Below, in pieces: positions 48,401 through 55,618 of a DNA stretch of 64,000 nucleotides. The notes below the pieces were generated by a model, which did no database searches, was not told the DNA's origin, and saw only the letters and a list, made by a program, of their open reading frames with translations. Made by a program: the position numbers and the translations under genes. Positions within the stretch are counted from its first letter, which is position 1. Each line of letters starts with the position of its first letter. Origin of the DNA: a virus; the IMG/VR virus record IMGVR_UViG_3300050026_000481, positions 22,815 to 86,814 of that record, one strand, 5' to 3'.

Positions 48401-48427
48401 CGGGAATTTTCATTGGTGAAAACATGA
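45413..48427 (+). CDS. 1004-aa Thr/Ser/Pro/Val/Ala-rich repeat fibre protein
   Basis: About 40 imperfect 21-25-aa repeats anchored on P(N/D)V; almost no basic residues. Confidence 0.75.
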   Translation: MTSSEWTETTTPNVAAATIAPTVTVRLCYIGLPTAPNVSAATAAATHASAITQSTPPNVAANIVAVTKALAITAPTPPNASVDTIAPTYATSSSITPSVIPDVAAATVAPTIAETDTITLVTIPNVGVAIVSPTVGSSFTQPIPQDVAITTVAPSVAVKLCYIGLPTAPNASVAPAAPTLASAITQSTPPNVAAAIVAVTQTLWITQPSPPDVVVTAIAPTIATSDTITLGTPQDVAVTTGTPTIATSSTITLVTIPDVGVAIVSPTVDAGVTQPTPLNVSGAIVSPTVGLGVTSTVPDVEASVILPSVVIVEGVEWTQTITLDVTAATVAPTLATSSDITPLVVPDVSAATIAPTIATSDTITLGIPSDVAATIFTPTLASSSNITPSIPDVTTSTLTATIGLAISAVSQDIAIEALIPNIGSALIPLVPDVGADIILPPISTFEGASWTESLAPDVAAVILAPSLATSSNITPLSTPNVAATTVAPTIATSDTIILGAPQDVAVTTIAPMIAETDTISLVTIPNVGVAIVSPTLSACITPTVPNVATSTVTPSLAAALTQSVQPDVGITTIVPTISASSEIVLGTVQNIAVTTLAPTLATSSDITPSIIPDVAAEVILPSVATFSGVLWTESSTPDVAVAVISSTIGIGIAQTTVPTTVVAAVSPTLGVDVTAPILNVDVATYAPILSTSSNITTLSTPNVAAETIASTLGLGLSAACPDVATVTINPAIGSGIIPSVPNAGATIILPSVSEGVLWIESSSPNVAAVAINSTISNAIAQTTVPNTVVAAVNPTLGISVTSPTPSSSAATHAPEIATSSTITPVVPNVGATVLLPQVSTSEEGSWTEVTAPDVATSVIHPLLSFGITQTAVPYATAQTVTAAIGTGVQPAPQAVTAATATTAQGLGISQSILSNVSAQTISPTLAASSTITPLAVPNVGATVVKPSIRAMPWYARRTMTENVANSRTESGYIINSLTEVDGVVNSFTFSEDLENSREFSLVKT

Positions 48428-48789
48428 CAGATTATAACGATATAGAATTCTTCGCGGGGGAAGATATCGATATTACCGTTCCGATAACAATGAACGGTGT
48501 TGCGCTTAACGTTGACGACGCAACGCTGACGTGGAAAATGTACCACATACTCACGGGGATTGCACTCGTAAAGGACAACGCGGATTTCGGCGGCGTCACC
48601 ATAAACAACGATAATGAATCAATAACACTAAGTTTCGTTAAAGCTGATACTGAAGACCTTATTCCACTTACTTACTTTCACGAGATTCGCATAGCCAAAT
48701 CTGGCGCGGAGAACGTATTAATCCCACAAGGTAGGCTCACGCTTAAGCAGAGTTACACGCTTATCGAGCCCGAAGGGGGGGAAGCATGA
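48424..48789 (+). CDS. BppU N-terminal-like adaptor protein
   Basis: GEDIDITV...LNVDDATLTW...ADTEDL...YFHEIRI; related domain in 52235-52735. Confidence 0.5.
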   Translation: MTDYNDIEFFAGEDIDITVPITMNGVALNVDDATLTWKMYHILTGIALVKDNADFGGVTINNDNESITLSFVKADTEDLIPLTYFHEIRIAKSGAENVLIPQGRLTLKQSYTLIEPEGGEA

Positions 48790-49442
48790 GACGTAGCGAA
48801 CCAAAGATTATTGTTCCACCTAAAGCGTACCCCGTTACGCTCGATGAAGCAAGCGAGTGGTTGCATGTTGACCCTTCGAATATCGTCAGTGAAAATGTGA
48901 TTATTGAAGACCTCATTGCAACGGCTACCGATATGGTAGAAAAATATGTTTCAAGGGCGCTTATTACGCAGACACTTGAAGTTGAGTACATGCCAAACCC
49001 ACCCGAAATCCTGGCGATGCGGCTTCACATGCTCCGCGCTGCGCCGCTTCAAGCGGTTAACTATGTGACGGCAATAGAGCAAAACGGCGCCGAACACCTC
49101 CAGACCGCAGAGAAATACGATGTTGATACGTTTGCAATCCCTGGGCGGGTTCAGTTGCTTATGGGCTTTTGGTGGGATTATTATGTCTTCGGGCGATATA
49201 GAATCCAGTACGTAGCCGGTTACGGTGATAACCCAAGTGACATCCCCTCGCCGTTTAGGACGGCCATAAAGATGCTGGTTTCACAGTTGTACCAATCGAG
49301 AGAACAAATGGATTATACAATAGCCCCGCAGGTTGAAGTATTGCTGCAGGATTACAAACTAGATTCATGGGATTACACCGACAGTTCCGCAGTCAAGTGG
49401 AGTCCGTTCGGCACCTCAAGTCTTGGGTACGGATATAGGTAG
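48786..49442 (+). CDS. head-tail connector (HK97 gp6 / SPP1 gp15-like)
   Basis: PVTLDEA..WLHVD, LIATAT..VE, RALITQT, YVAGYG...IP, AI.MLVSQLY..RE. Confidence 0.9.
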   Translation: MRRSEPKIIVPPKAYPVTLDEASEWLHVDPSNIVSENVIIEDLIATATDMVEKYVSRALITQTLEVEYMPNPPEILAMRLHMLRAAPLQAVNYVTAIEQNGAEHLQTAEKYDVDTFAIPGRVQLLMGFWWDYYVFGRYRIQYVAGYGDNPSDIPSPFRTAIKMLVSQLYQSREQMDYTIAPQVEVLLQDYKLDSWDYTDSSAVKWSPFGTSSLGYGYR

Positions 49443-49451
49443 GAGTAAAAA

Positions 49452-50663
49452 ATGGGAGCAGAAGGAGTTTTATGGGGGCAAGTAAGTTCCCCAACACTTA
49501 CACGCTATCACGGCAACGGCAGCGGCAACACGGTATACTCGCCAGCATCGCAAGCGGTAGCGACGACATACTTTAGTGGGTTAGCGCCGTGGGGTTCGAT
49601 GGGTCGGGTCTCCTTACGGCCTGATGGCTCAACATCTTCCCGGTGTGCTACCAATCAAACATCCCTTCAAACTGCAGCGAACTGGGGCGACAACTGCTAT
49701 TCGGATACCGACGACACAGGCGGCGAGCAGAAGATGGTGTATATACCGCAGTTCTGCTATTATGTTGACTATGTAGCGGCGCACAATATCGTGTGGTGGG
49801 TAGGGCAAGTGGGGGACCAATTTACGTTACAGGCTGCCGATGGCACGTTTACCGGCGGCACGTACACGTTCAGTTCATCAGACATTCATCAAGCGTTCAT
49901 CGTTGACTCCGTAGCGAAATCGGCTGCGTACGTATCTGCGTACGAGGGGTACTACAATTCAGGACTAGGGTATATCGAATCGAAGGCAGGAGTCACCCCC
50001 ACCGGAACAGACAATGCCACCGTTACGACAGGCACACTGATGCGAACGTATGTTGAGGCTGCTGGTGTTGGGTGGGAGATTGCTACGGTACAAATGTACT
50101 CGGCACTCCAGTACCTGTATGTCATCGAATACGCATCGCTCAACAGTCAGAGTGCGTTAGGGTATGGTTTCACAAATACCACACTACAAAATACTGGCAC
50201 TACTACCTCGTACGGAAATGCATCATATGGCGGCGCAAACACCGTCGCAATGTCGTTCAGAGGTGTTGAGAACTTATGGGGTAACACGCGCACGTTCATC
50301 GAAGGGATGAATGTTAATTCGGGTGCTGTGTATATCTCCCCACAATCGAGAGGTCATACATACGCATGGGGCATCTCTACCTCACCGTACGCCAGCGCGA
50401 GTGTCACCATTCCGAGCGCAAACTCTTACATCACCGCCGTAGCCTCTTCACCAGCGTGGGCATTTTTACCAAGCGCGGCGTCTGGAGGCAGCGCATCGAC
50501 GTACTTCTGTGACCAAGAAACTGAAGCGTCGGGATGGGCCGCCGAATTGTTTGGGGGGTATTATACGTCAAGCAACAATGCAGGGGTATTCGCGCAGTTT
50601 GCCGCGTTCACCGCAACGCATGCAAACGTGAACTGTGTTAGGGTGCAGTATTTACCAAGCTAA
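49452..50663 (+). CDS. putative receptor-binding protein with C-type-lectin/FGE-like fold
   Basis: MVYIPQF, YVSAYEG, IEYASLNSQSALG.G, FRGVENLWGN, C-terminal GG......AG.F...R. Confidence 0.65.
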   Translation: MGAEGVLWGQVSSPTLTRYHGNGSGNTVYSPASQAVATTYFSGLAPWGSMGRVSLRPDGSTSSRCATNQTSLQTAANWGDNCYSDTDDTGGEQKMVYIPQFCYYVDYVAAHNIVWWVGQVGDQFTLQAADGTFTGGTYTFSSSDIHQAFIVDSVAKSAAYVSAYEGYYNSGLGYIESKAGVTPTGTDNATVTTGTLMRTYVEAAGVGWEIATVQMYSALQYLYVIEYASLNSQSALGYGFTNTTLQNTGTTTSYGNASYGGANTVAMSFRGVENLWGNTRTFIEGMNVNSGAVYISPQSRGHTYAWGISTSPYASASVTIPSANSYITAVASSPAWAFLPSAASGGSASTYFCDQETEASGWAAELFGGYYTSSNNAGVFAQFAAFTATHANVNCVRVQYLPS

Positions 50664-50664
50664 T

Positions 50665-51621
50665 ATGCTAAAAACAATATTCTATACGGAATCCGGAAAC
50701 GGAATGTCTAGCGAAGACCGTGCAGCCATCGCAGATAATGGGTGGGCGCTCGCCGTAGACTTACCTATCGGTGGATTACGTGATACATCACTATTACCCG
50801 TTTACTTAGACCTAATCGACCAGTCAATAGCGGCAGGAATCCCGACAATAGCGCAGATTGAAAACTGCATCGGCGGCACTATCGGGCCTGCGGGCCATTT
50901 GATACACCCAGACCCACTACTCGGAAACGACCCACAAATCGGCCCGTGGTATTACGACAGCACCACGACAGCCGGAGAATACGCAACACTATTCGAACCT
51001 GGCATGACGCTCCTCGAAGAACGTGACTTATTTGGCTACCTTTGGGAGGGTGCGTATGATGCCTGTATAACGTGGTTGCGCGGAGCTACTAGTAAGAAAC
51101 TGATGCAATATCTTTCGCGGGAAAATTGGTACGCCCCTTCTTCGGCGTACTACTTGTTCGGAAACTTTTATATTAATACTGGCCACCCGTGTACTGGTGG
51201 TGATGCGTGTATAGATTGCGCTGATTGTTTTGCAGCGATGGATTGGCGTATTTCACAGGTAGATTATATTATTCACGAAATATTCTATGCTTACGACACC
51301 GCAGCGGTTACTGCATTAGGGCAGAATATGCGGTTAAACTGGCCTACTAAAAAGTATGGGTACAACACCTATTACGGAAATCCATCGAATACTCCGCTTG
51401 GATACTGGGGCGTTCCGACAATACTCGAAGCGAAAGACCTCATCATAACATCCCTCACGTCGGTTATTGATACGGTAGGACTTGATTATCTCGATACGCT
51501 CTACGTCGGCCCGTATTACTCTAATATAATACCAATTGGAGACTATATCAGTTTTTTCGATTATCTTAGCCAGGAAACGCCTAGAATTGACCTCACGAAT
51601 ATAGTTCACCCAACATCATAG
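50665..51621 (+). CDS. putative glycoside-hydrolase-like protein, paralog of 8225-9649
   Basis: LFGYLWEGAY..ITWLR..T vs FVGYSVEVAY..FRWLR..T; RISQVDYIIHEIF vs RLAEIDQLVVEVF. Confidence 0.45.
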   Translation: MLKTIFYTESGNGMSSEDRAAIADNGWALAVDLPIGGLRDTSLLPVYLDLIDQSIAAGIPTIAQIENCIGGTIGPAGHLIHPDPLLGNDPQIGPWYYDSTTTAGEYATLFEPGMTLLEERDLFGYLWEGAYDACITWLRGATSKKLMQYLSRENWYAPSSAYYLFGNFYINTGHPCTGGDACIDCADCFAAMDWRISQVDYIIHEIFYAYDTAAVTALGQNMRLNWPTKKYGYNTYYGNPSNTPLGYWGVPTILEAKDLIITSLTSVIDTVGLDYLDTLYVGPYYSNIIPIGDYISFFDYLSQETPRIDLTNIVHPTS

Positions 51622-51637
51622 ATAGGAGAAATAAAAA

Positions 51638-52234
51638 ATGACGGTAGGACACTGGTACGCCAACGGGCGCTACCTTATGAATCCGGGCGTGACAAGCGCC
51701 TTTACGTGGAACGGCAACACGAAGAACTACGCGCTCTATGCGACGCTCGTTGACAGTAGTAAGTACACGCCAGACCCCTATAATGACCAATACCTAAGTA
51801 CGGCAATTGCCACATCCGGGGCAGAAGTTACCGCGGCGAATTGTACATATCCACGCATACCGGTGCAACTCGCAGCGATAGCAAAGTACCAAAAGACAAG
51901 TCCTACTGCTGATTATGTAATCTACCCAGCAAATGCGTCGTATCCGCTAAGCTGGACGGTGAACCCTAGCCAGACAATGACCGCTGGATTAATAATCTTT
52001 TACTGGGATTTGAACGTTGCAAACTCATTAATTTCACCACTAGTTGCGTATGCACCATCAGGGTCAAACAATACATACGATTCGACAAGTCCATTAATAG
52101 CGTACGGGCCGTTTGTTGACTCGTCTAGTGGACACAATTACTGGACAACCACAACGAGTCCAGCATTGGTGTCATACTCATATGACACATCATTCACAGG
52201 AAATTCAACAATATTGAGTTCACAGGTGTTATAA
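51638..52234 (+). CDS. small virion protein, divergent paralog B
   Basis: HWYANG..L, W......YATLV..S.YTP, EVT...Y, PLIAY. Confidence 0.55.
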   Translation: MTVGHWYANGRYLMNPGVTSAFTWNGNTKNYALYATLVDSSKYTPDPYNDQYLSTAIATSGAEVTAANCTYPRIPVQLAAIAKYQKTSPTADYVIYPANASYPLSWTVNPSQTMTAGLIIFYWDLNVANSLISPLVAYAPSGSNNTYDSTSPLIAYGPFVDSSSGHNYWTTTTSPALVSYSYDTSFTGNSTILSSQVL

Positions 52235-52735
52235 GTGGCAGATTCACTTACCGTTGCAGCCGTTGCATTGAACACTCACGAGCCGCTGCTATGTGCAACA
52301 GTAAAAAGTGTAAGCACTACCCTCATGGGTGTAATAGGTGCGGCGTTTTCATCACATGAATGCAACGGCTGCCCGCAGACGCTTGGCTTAGTCCCTGATG
52401 CGCAGTGGGAGGTACGGACAGGTATTGACCTCGTGTTCTCAGTGTGGTCTACAAATGGATTGCTTACGCTTGATGATGCGACAATTGAATGGGTCGCGGA
52501 AGATAGTGAGGGTACCCCACTCATAACCAAAACAACTGACGATTATTCAATTATTACATTCGGAAGTACTCTAGTAGTTCACCTAAATGCTGGTGACTGG
52601 CCCCCTAGTAGCGAAACAATGTACTACACGGCAACAATTACCCTAGGATATATATACACCATGACGGGTTTGCTGGATTTCTTCGTTCCACCAGGTATTA
52701 TCCATCCTGTACACCCTTGTGGGCGGGGATTATGA
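52235..52735 (+). CDS. putative virion adaptor protein
   Basis: LTLDDATIEW...LITKT...LVVHLNAGD resembles 48424-48789. Confidence 0.45.
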   Translation: MADSLTVAAVALNTHEPLLCATVKSVSTTLMGVIGAAFSSHECNGCPQTLGLVPDAQWEVRTGIDLVFSVWSTNGLLTLDDATIEWVAEDSEGTPLITKTTDDYSIITFGSTLVVHLNAGDWPPSSETMYYTATITLGYIYTMTGLLDFFVPPGIIHPVHPCGRGL

Positions 52736-52844
52736 ACGAAAAAATAAAAGGAACCCCGATGAGCCTCAAGGCGCGCATAAAAAGGAAGTTCCCACGTGGG
52801 TTCCGGCAGGAACGGCAAGAGCGGAAAAATAACACTGGTAAATC

Positions 52845-53282
52845 ATGACCATAAACGACGTTAAGTTCACCCCCGCGCCGAAGGCGCAGATTAGCAAAAG
52901 GAATACGCTGTTCCAAATGAGGCGTAAGATTGTGTTTATGCACTATCCTACTGATGATACGCCTGATGAACTAGGTGCAAGACCATACAACGATATGGAA
53001 GATTACCTGACTGGCGCTGATGGGTATGGTGTGTGGTGTGATATTTCGGAACCCCACCCCGACGATATTTTAATCGCAGCGCAACACGGTGAGGTTTTGA
53101 CTCATTCAATACTTGTGCGCTACGACCCCCGCATAGACGTGCGCATGATTGCAAAATACACAAATCACCAAACAGGGCAAAGTCGGTACTGGTGGCTTAA
53201 AACCCTAATTAATGTCGATTTCGAATGGCATTACCTAAGATTAGGCGCTGAGGAGATAATCGAGTACGGGGCGGATGAATAA
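52845..53282 (+). CDS. head closure protein (SPP1 gp16-like)
   Basis: MRRKIVF...DELG...VWCDI...THSILVRYDPRI...M. Confidence 0.8.
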   Translation: MTINDVKFTPAPKAQISKRNTLFQMRRKIVFMHYPTDDTPDELGARPYNDMEDYLTGADGYGVWCDISEPHPDDILIAAQHGEVLTHSILVRYDPRIDVRMIAKYTNHQTGQSRYWWLKTLINVDFEWHYLRLGAEEIIEYGADE

Positions 53283-53767
53283 TGGCTAGCACAACTTCTA
53301 GTTCGAGCGGCAGCCTGTCGATGCATGTGGATGATGCTTCCTTAGCAAAGGTGCTCGCTCGCTTCAAGACGATAGGCGAAGAGACCAACACCAGCCTCGC
53401 CGCGGCACTAAACACGGGAGCTCACATCGTTGAAAGTTCAGCTAAAAGCAAAGTGCGCGTTAAAACAGGTAGGCTGAAGGACTCAATACACACAGTCGAT
53501 GCCACGCCGGAAAAGCTAGAAGCTCAAGTTATTGCCGATACCAGCTATGCAAATATCATAGAATCCGGAAGCGCACCCCATACTATCATCCCCTCGGGAG
53601 CCGCCGTCTTGCACTTTACCGTTGGCGGCGATGACGTCTTTGCTACAAGCGTAGAACACCCAGGCACCCAACCCTACCCCTTCATGGCCCCCGCACTCTC
53701 CGAACACACAGAGGACATAAAAGCCTCAATCATGCTCGCACTTCAAATGGAATTGATGAAATTATGA
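53282..53767 (+). CDS. HK97 gp10-like tail/neck protein
   Basis: AK....KTGRLKDSI, YA..IE.G, HPGTQPYPFMAPA. Confidence 0.88.
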   Translation: MASTTSSSSGSLSMHVDDASLAKVLARFKTIGEETNTSLAAALNTGAHIVESSAKSKVRVKTGRLKDSIHTVDATPEKLEAQVIADTSYANIIESGSAPHTIIPSGAAVLHFTVGGDDVFATSVEHPGTQPYPFMAPALSEHTEDIKASIMLALQMELMKL

Positions 53768-54252
53768 CCACGATAATGATTAAAAAGTCCGCCGGCTACG
53801 AACTCCGGAAACTCTTTTATGATATACTAACTAACGACCCCGTCCTTACAACTCGCATTTACCACGACGAACGCGGCAACGAAATAACGGCAAATGTGTG
53901 GGACACGGTTCCCAAAAACGTCAAACCACCGTATGCAACCATAGGCAAAGCCGCGATAAAAATAGACCACGAGTTCCAGACTAAAGACAATTTCATTGAC
54001 ATGTATATGGTTGAAATTGACTGCTTCACCCATTACGGGGGAAAATCTGACGTCAGCGAGTTAATGAACGACGCAATGTTCGCCCTCTCAACGGCATGGG
54101 CAAATAACCTATTACAATTCGATGATGACAGTTCTTTCGAAGTAGGCACGTTTGAAATCGATGTACGGGGTGAGGACGTAAGCGTCTGGGGCCCGAAAGA
54201 CCGCGAACATAATGTCATGACGTGCAACGTCCGGGTGGTGCAGGTAGCATGA
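53764..54252 (+). CDS. tail terminator/completion protein (DUF3168-like)
   Basis: VWDTVPKNVKPPYATIG, IDCF..Y.G; position after the gp10-like gene. Confidence 0.75.
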   Translation: MTTIMIKKSAGYELRKLFYDILTNDPVLTTRIYHDERGNEITANVWDTVPKNVKPPYATIGKAAIKIDHEFQTKDNFIDMYMVEIDCFTHYGGKSDVSELMNDAMFALSTAWANNLLQFDDDSSFEVGTFEIDVRGEDVSVWGPKDREHNVMTCNVRVVQVA

Positions 54253-54608
54253 GGAGGCAGTGGAATAGTCTCATCGGCAGCCCCTTAAAAGTGACCTTCC
54301 CCGACGGCGAATCGGAGATGCAGACGGTCGTCGAAGCGAAAGCAATCCCGCCGAAGGTAATCATCGAAAACGAAGTGTTCCCGAGGCCGCATGAGGTGTA
54401 CAACTGCCGCACCTGCAGGAAGGGTCGGGAATTGCCGCAGAATAAACTGAGCAAAGAAGATTATCACTTTTATTGCACGTGGGACATGCACACACACATT
54501 GGCCCTAATTATAACGATATCATGTGTTCTAATTGGGACAGGAAAATTGAAAAACCAAAAAAAGGTTTTAACATGCTCGAAACGGGGCCTTACATTGACA
54601 GGAGATAA
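54249..54608 (+). CDS. Cys-rich protein, paralog of 42654-43010
   Basis: PPKV...NCRTCRKGRELP...CTWDMHTHIGPN. Confidence 0.65.
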   Translation: MRRQWNSLIGSPLKVTFPDGESEMQTVVEAKAIPPKVIIENEVFPRPHEVYNCRTCRKGRELPQNKLSKEDYHFYCTWDMHTHIGPNYNDIMCSNWDRKIEKPKKGFNMLETGPYIDRR

Positions 54609-54707
54609 TTATGACAGAAGAAGAACAAAAGATGAAGACGCCTAGCGCATCATCATCAACGCACGCACCGAGGATTATTATAGAAGAAGAAAACACGGAG
54701 AAAGAAA

Positions 54708-55154
54708 ATGGCACATAATGCAGTTTATGACTATTGCCTGCCTCAAATGGGGCAGGGAAATATTATATGGGCAAACGGCAATGCTTACAATTGGTGCTGC
54801 CTTATGAGCAGCGCGCCGACTAAAACAACAGCCTCATACGCAACCGTATTCTCTGGAGAACTGACCGGCGGCGCCAGCAACTACGTAGTAGGCGGCTCGG
54901 TGATAGCTCCGGTGACCCCCACGATGACTTCAACAGTTACGAAGTTCGGCGCAGCGAACACCGCATTCGGAGCAAACGACCAGACGTACACGGCGTCTTA
55001 CACGACACTCCACTATGGCTCCACGAAAACGACACCCGGGCCTCTGATTTGCTACCACGACTTCGGCGGCGGGCAGACGGTGTCAAGTGGCACGTTTACG
55101 CTTGCGTGGTCAGGCAGCGGGGTATTCACGTTGACAAGCTCGGTAGAGACCTAG
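54708..55154 (+). CDS. small virion protein, paralog C
   Basis: AVYD...NYVVGG...TPTMTSTVT...PLICYHDFGG.QTVSSGTFTLAWSGSGVFTL; close to 44864-45343. Confidence 0.6.
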   Translation: MAHNAVYDYCLPQMGQGNIIWANGNAYNWCCLMSSAPTKTTASYATVFSGELTGGASNYVVGGSVIAPVTPTMTSTVTKFGAANTAFGANDQTYTASYTTLHYGSTKTTPGPLICYHDFGGGQTVSSGTFTLAWSGSGVFTLTSSVET

Positions 55155-55164
55155 TCGTGTAAGC

Positions 55165-55602
55165 ATGGCAGACGATGTAGCCCACATGTACTCATCTGGG
55201 GCCGCGTACCTCAGCAAGGGAACATTACAATGGAATACCAGCGCTAGTTATAAAATGGCGTTATTTACGTCGGCGTATACCCCCACTCAAACGACTGATA
55301 CGACGTACACGGGGATTTCCTCTCACGAACTTAGCGCGGGCGCAGGGTACACTACCGGCGGAGCGGCGGTACCTTCCATAACAAATCCCTCAACTACCGG
55401 TGCAAACGTTATACTTGCATCAGGAAACCCAACGTGGTCTGCTGCATCGTTTACAGGGGTTGTGACTGCTGTACTCTATAGTACGGTATCCCCGTTTTAC
55501 TTACTTGGGTACGTCACGTACGGAACAGCACAAGCCGCCGCTGGTGGGAGTTTTAGCATAACATGCCCCGTAACTGGTTGGTTTGAATGGACTGTGAATT
55601 AG
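55165..55602 (+). CDS. small virion protein, paralog D
   Basis: YKMALFTSAYTP, EL..GAGYTTGG, PTWSAASF, LLGYV.YG. Confidence 0.6.
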   Translation: MADDVAHMYSSGAAYLSKGTLQWNTSASYKMALFTSAYTPTQTTDTTYTGISSHELSAGAGYTTGGAAVPSITNPSTTGANVILASGNPTWSAASFTGVVTAVLYSTVSPFYLLGYVTYGTAQAAAGGSFSITCPVTGWFEWTVN

Positions 55603-55618
55603 GATAGGAGAATATTAA

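Noticed and set aside
49452-50663. C-type-lectin-fold protein resembling diversity-generating retroelement targets
   Set aside because: I saw no template repeat differing at adenines and no reverse transcriptase in this window, so a DGR is unsupported here.
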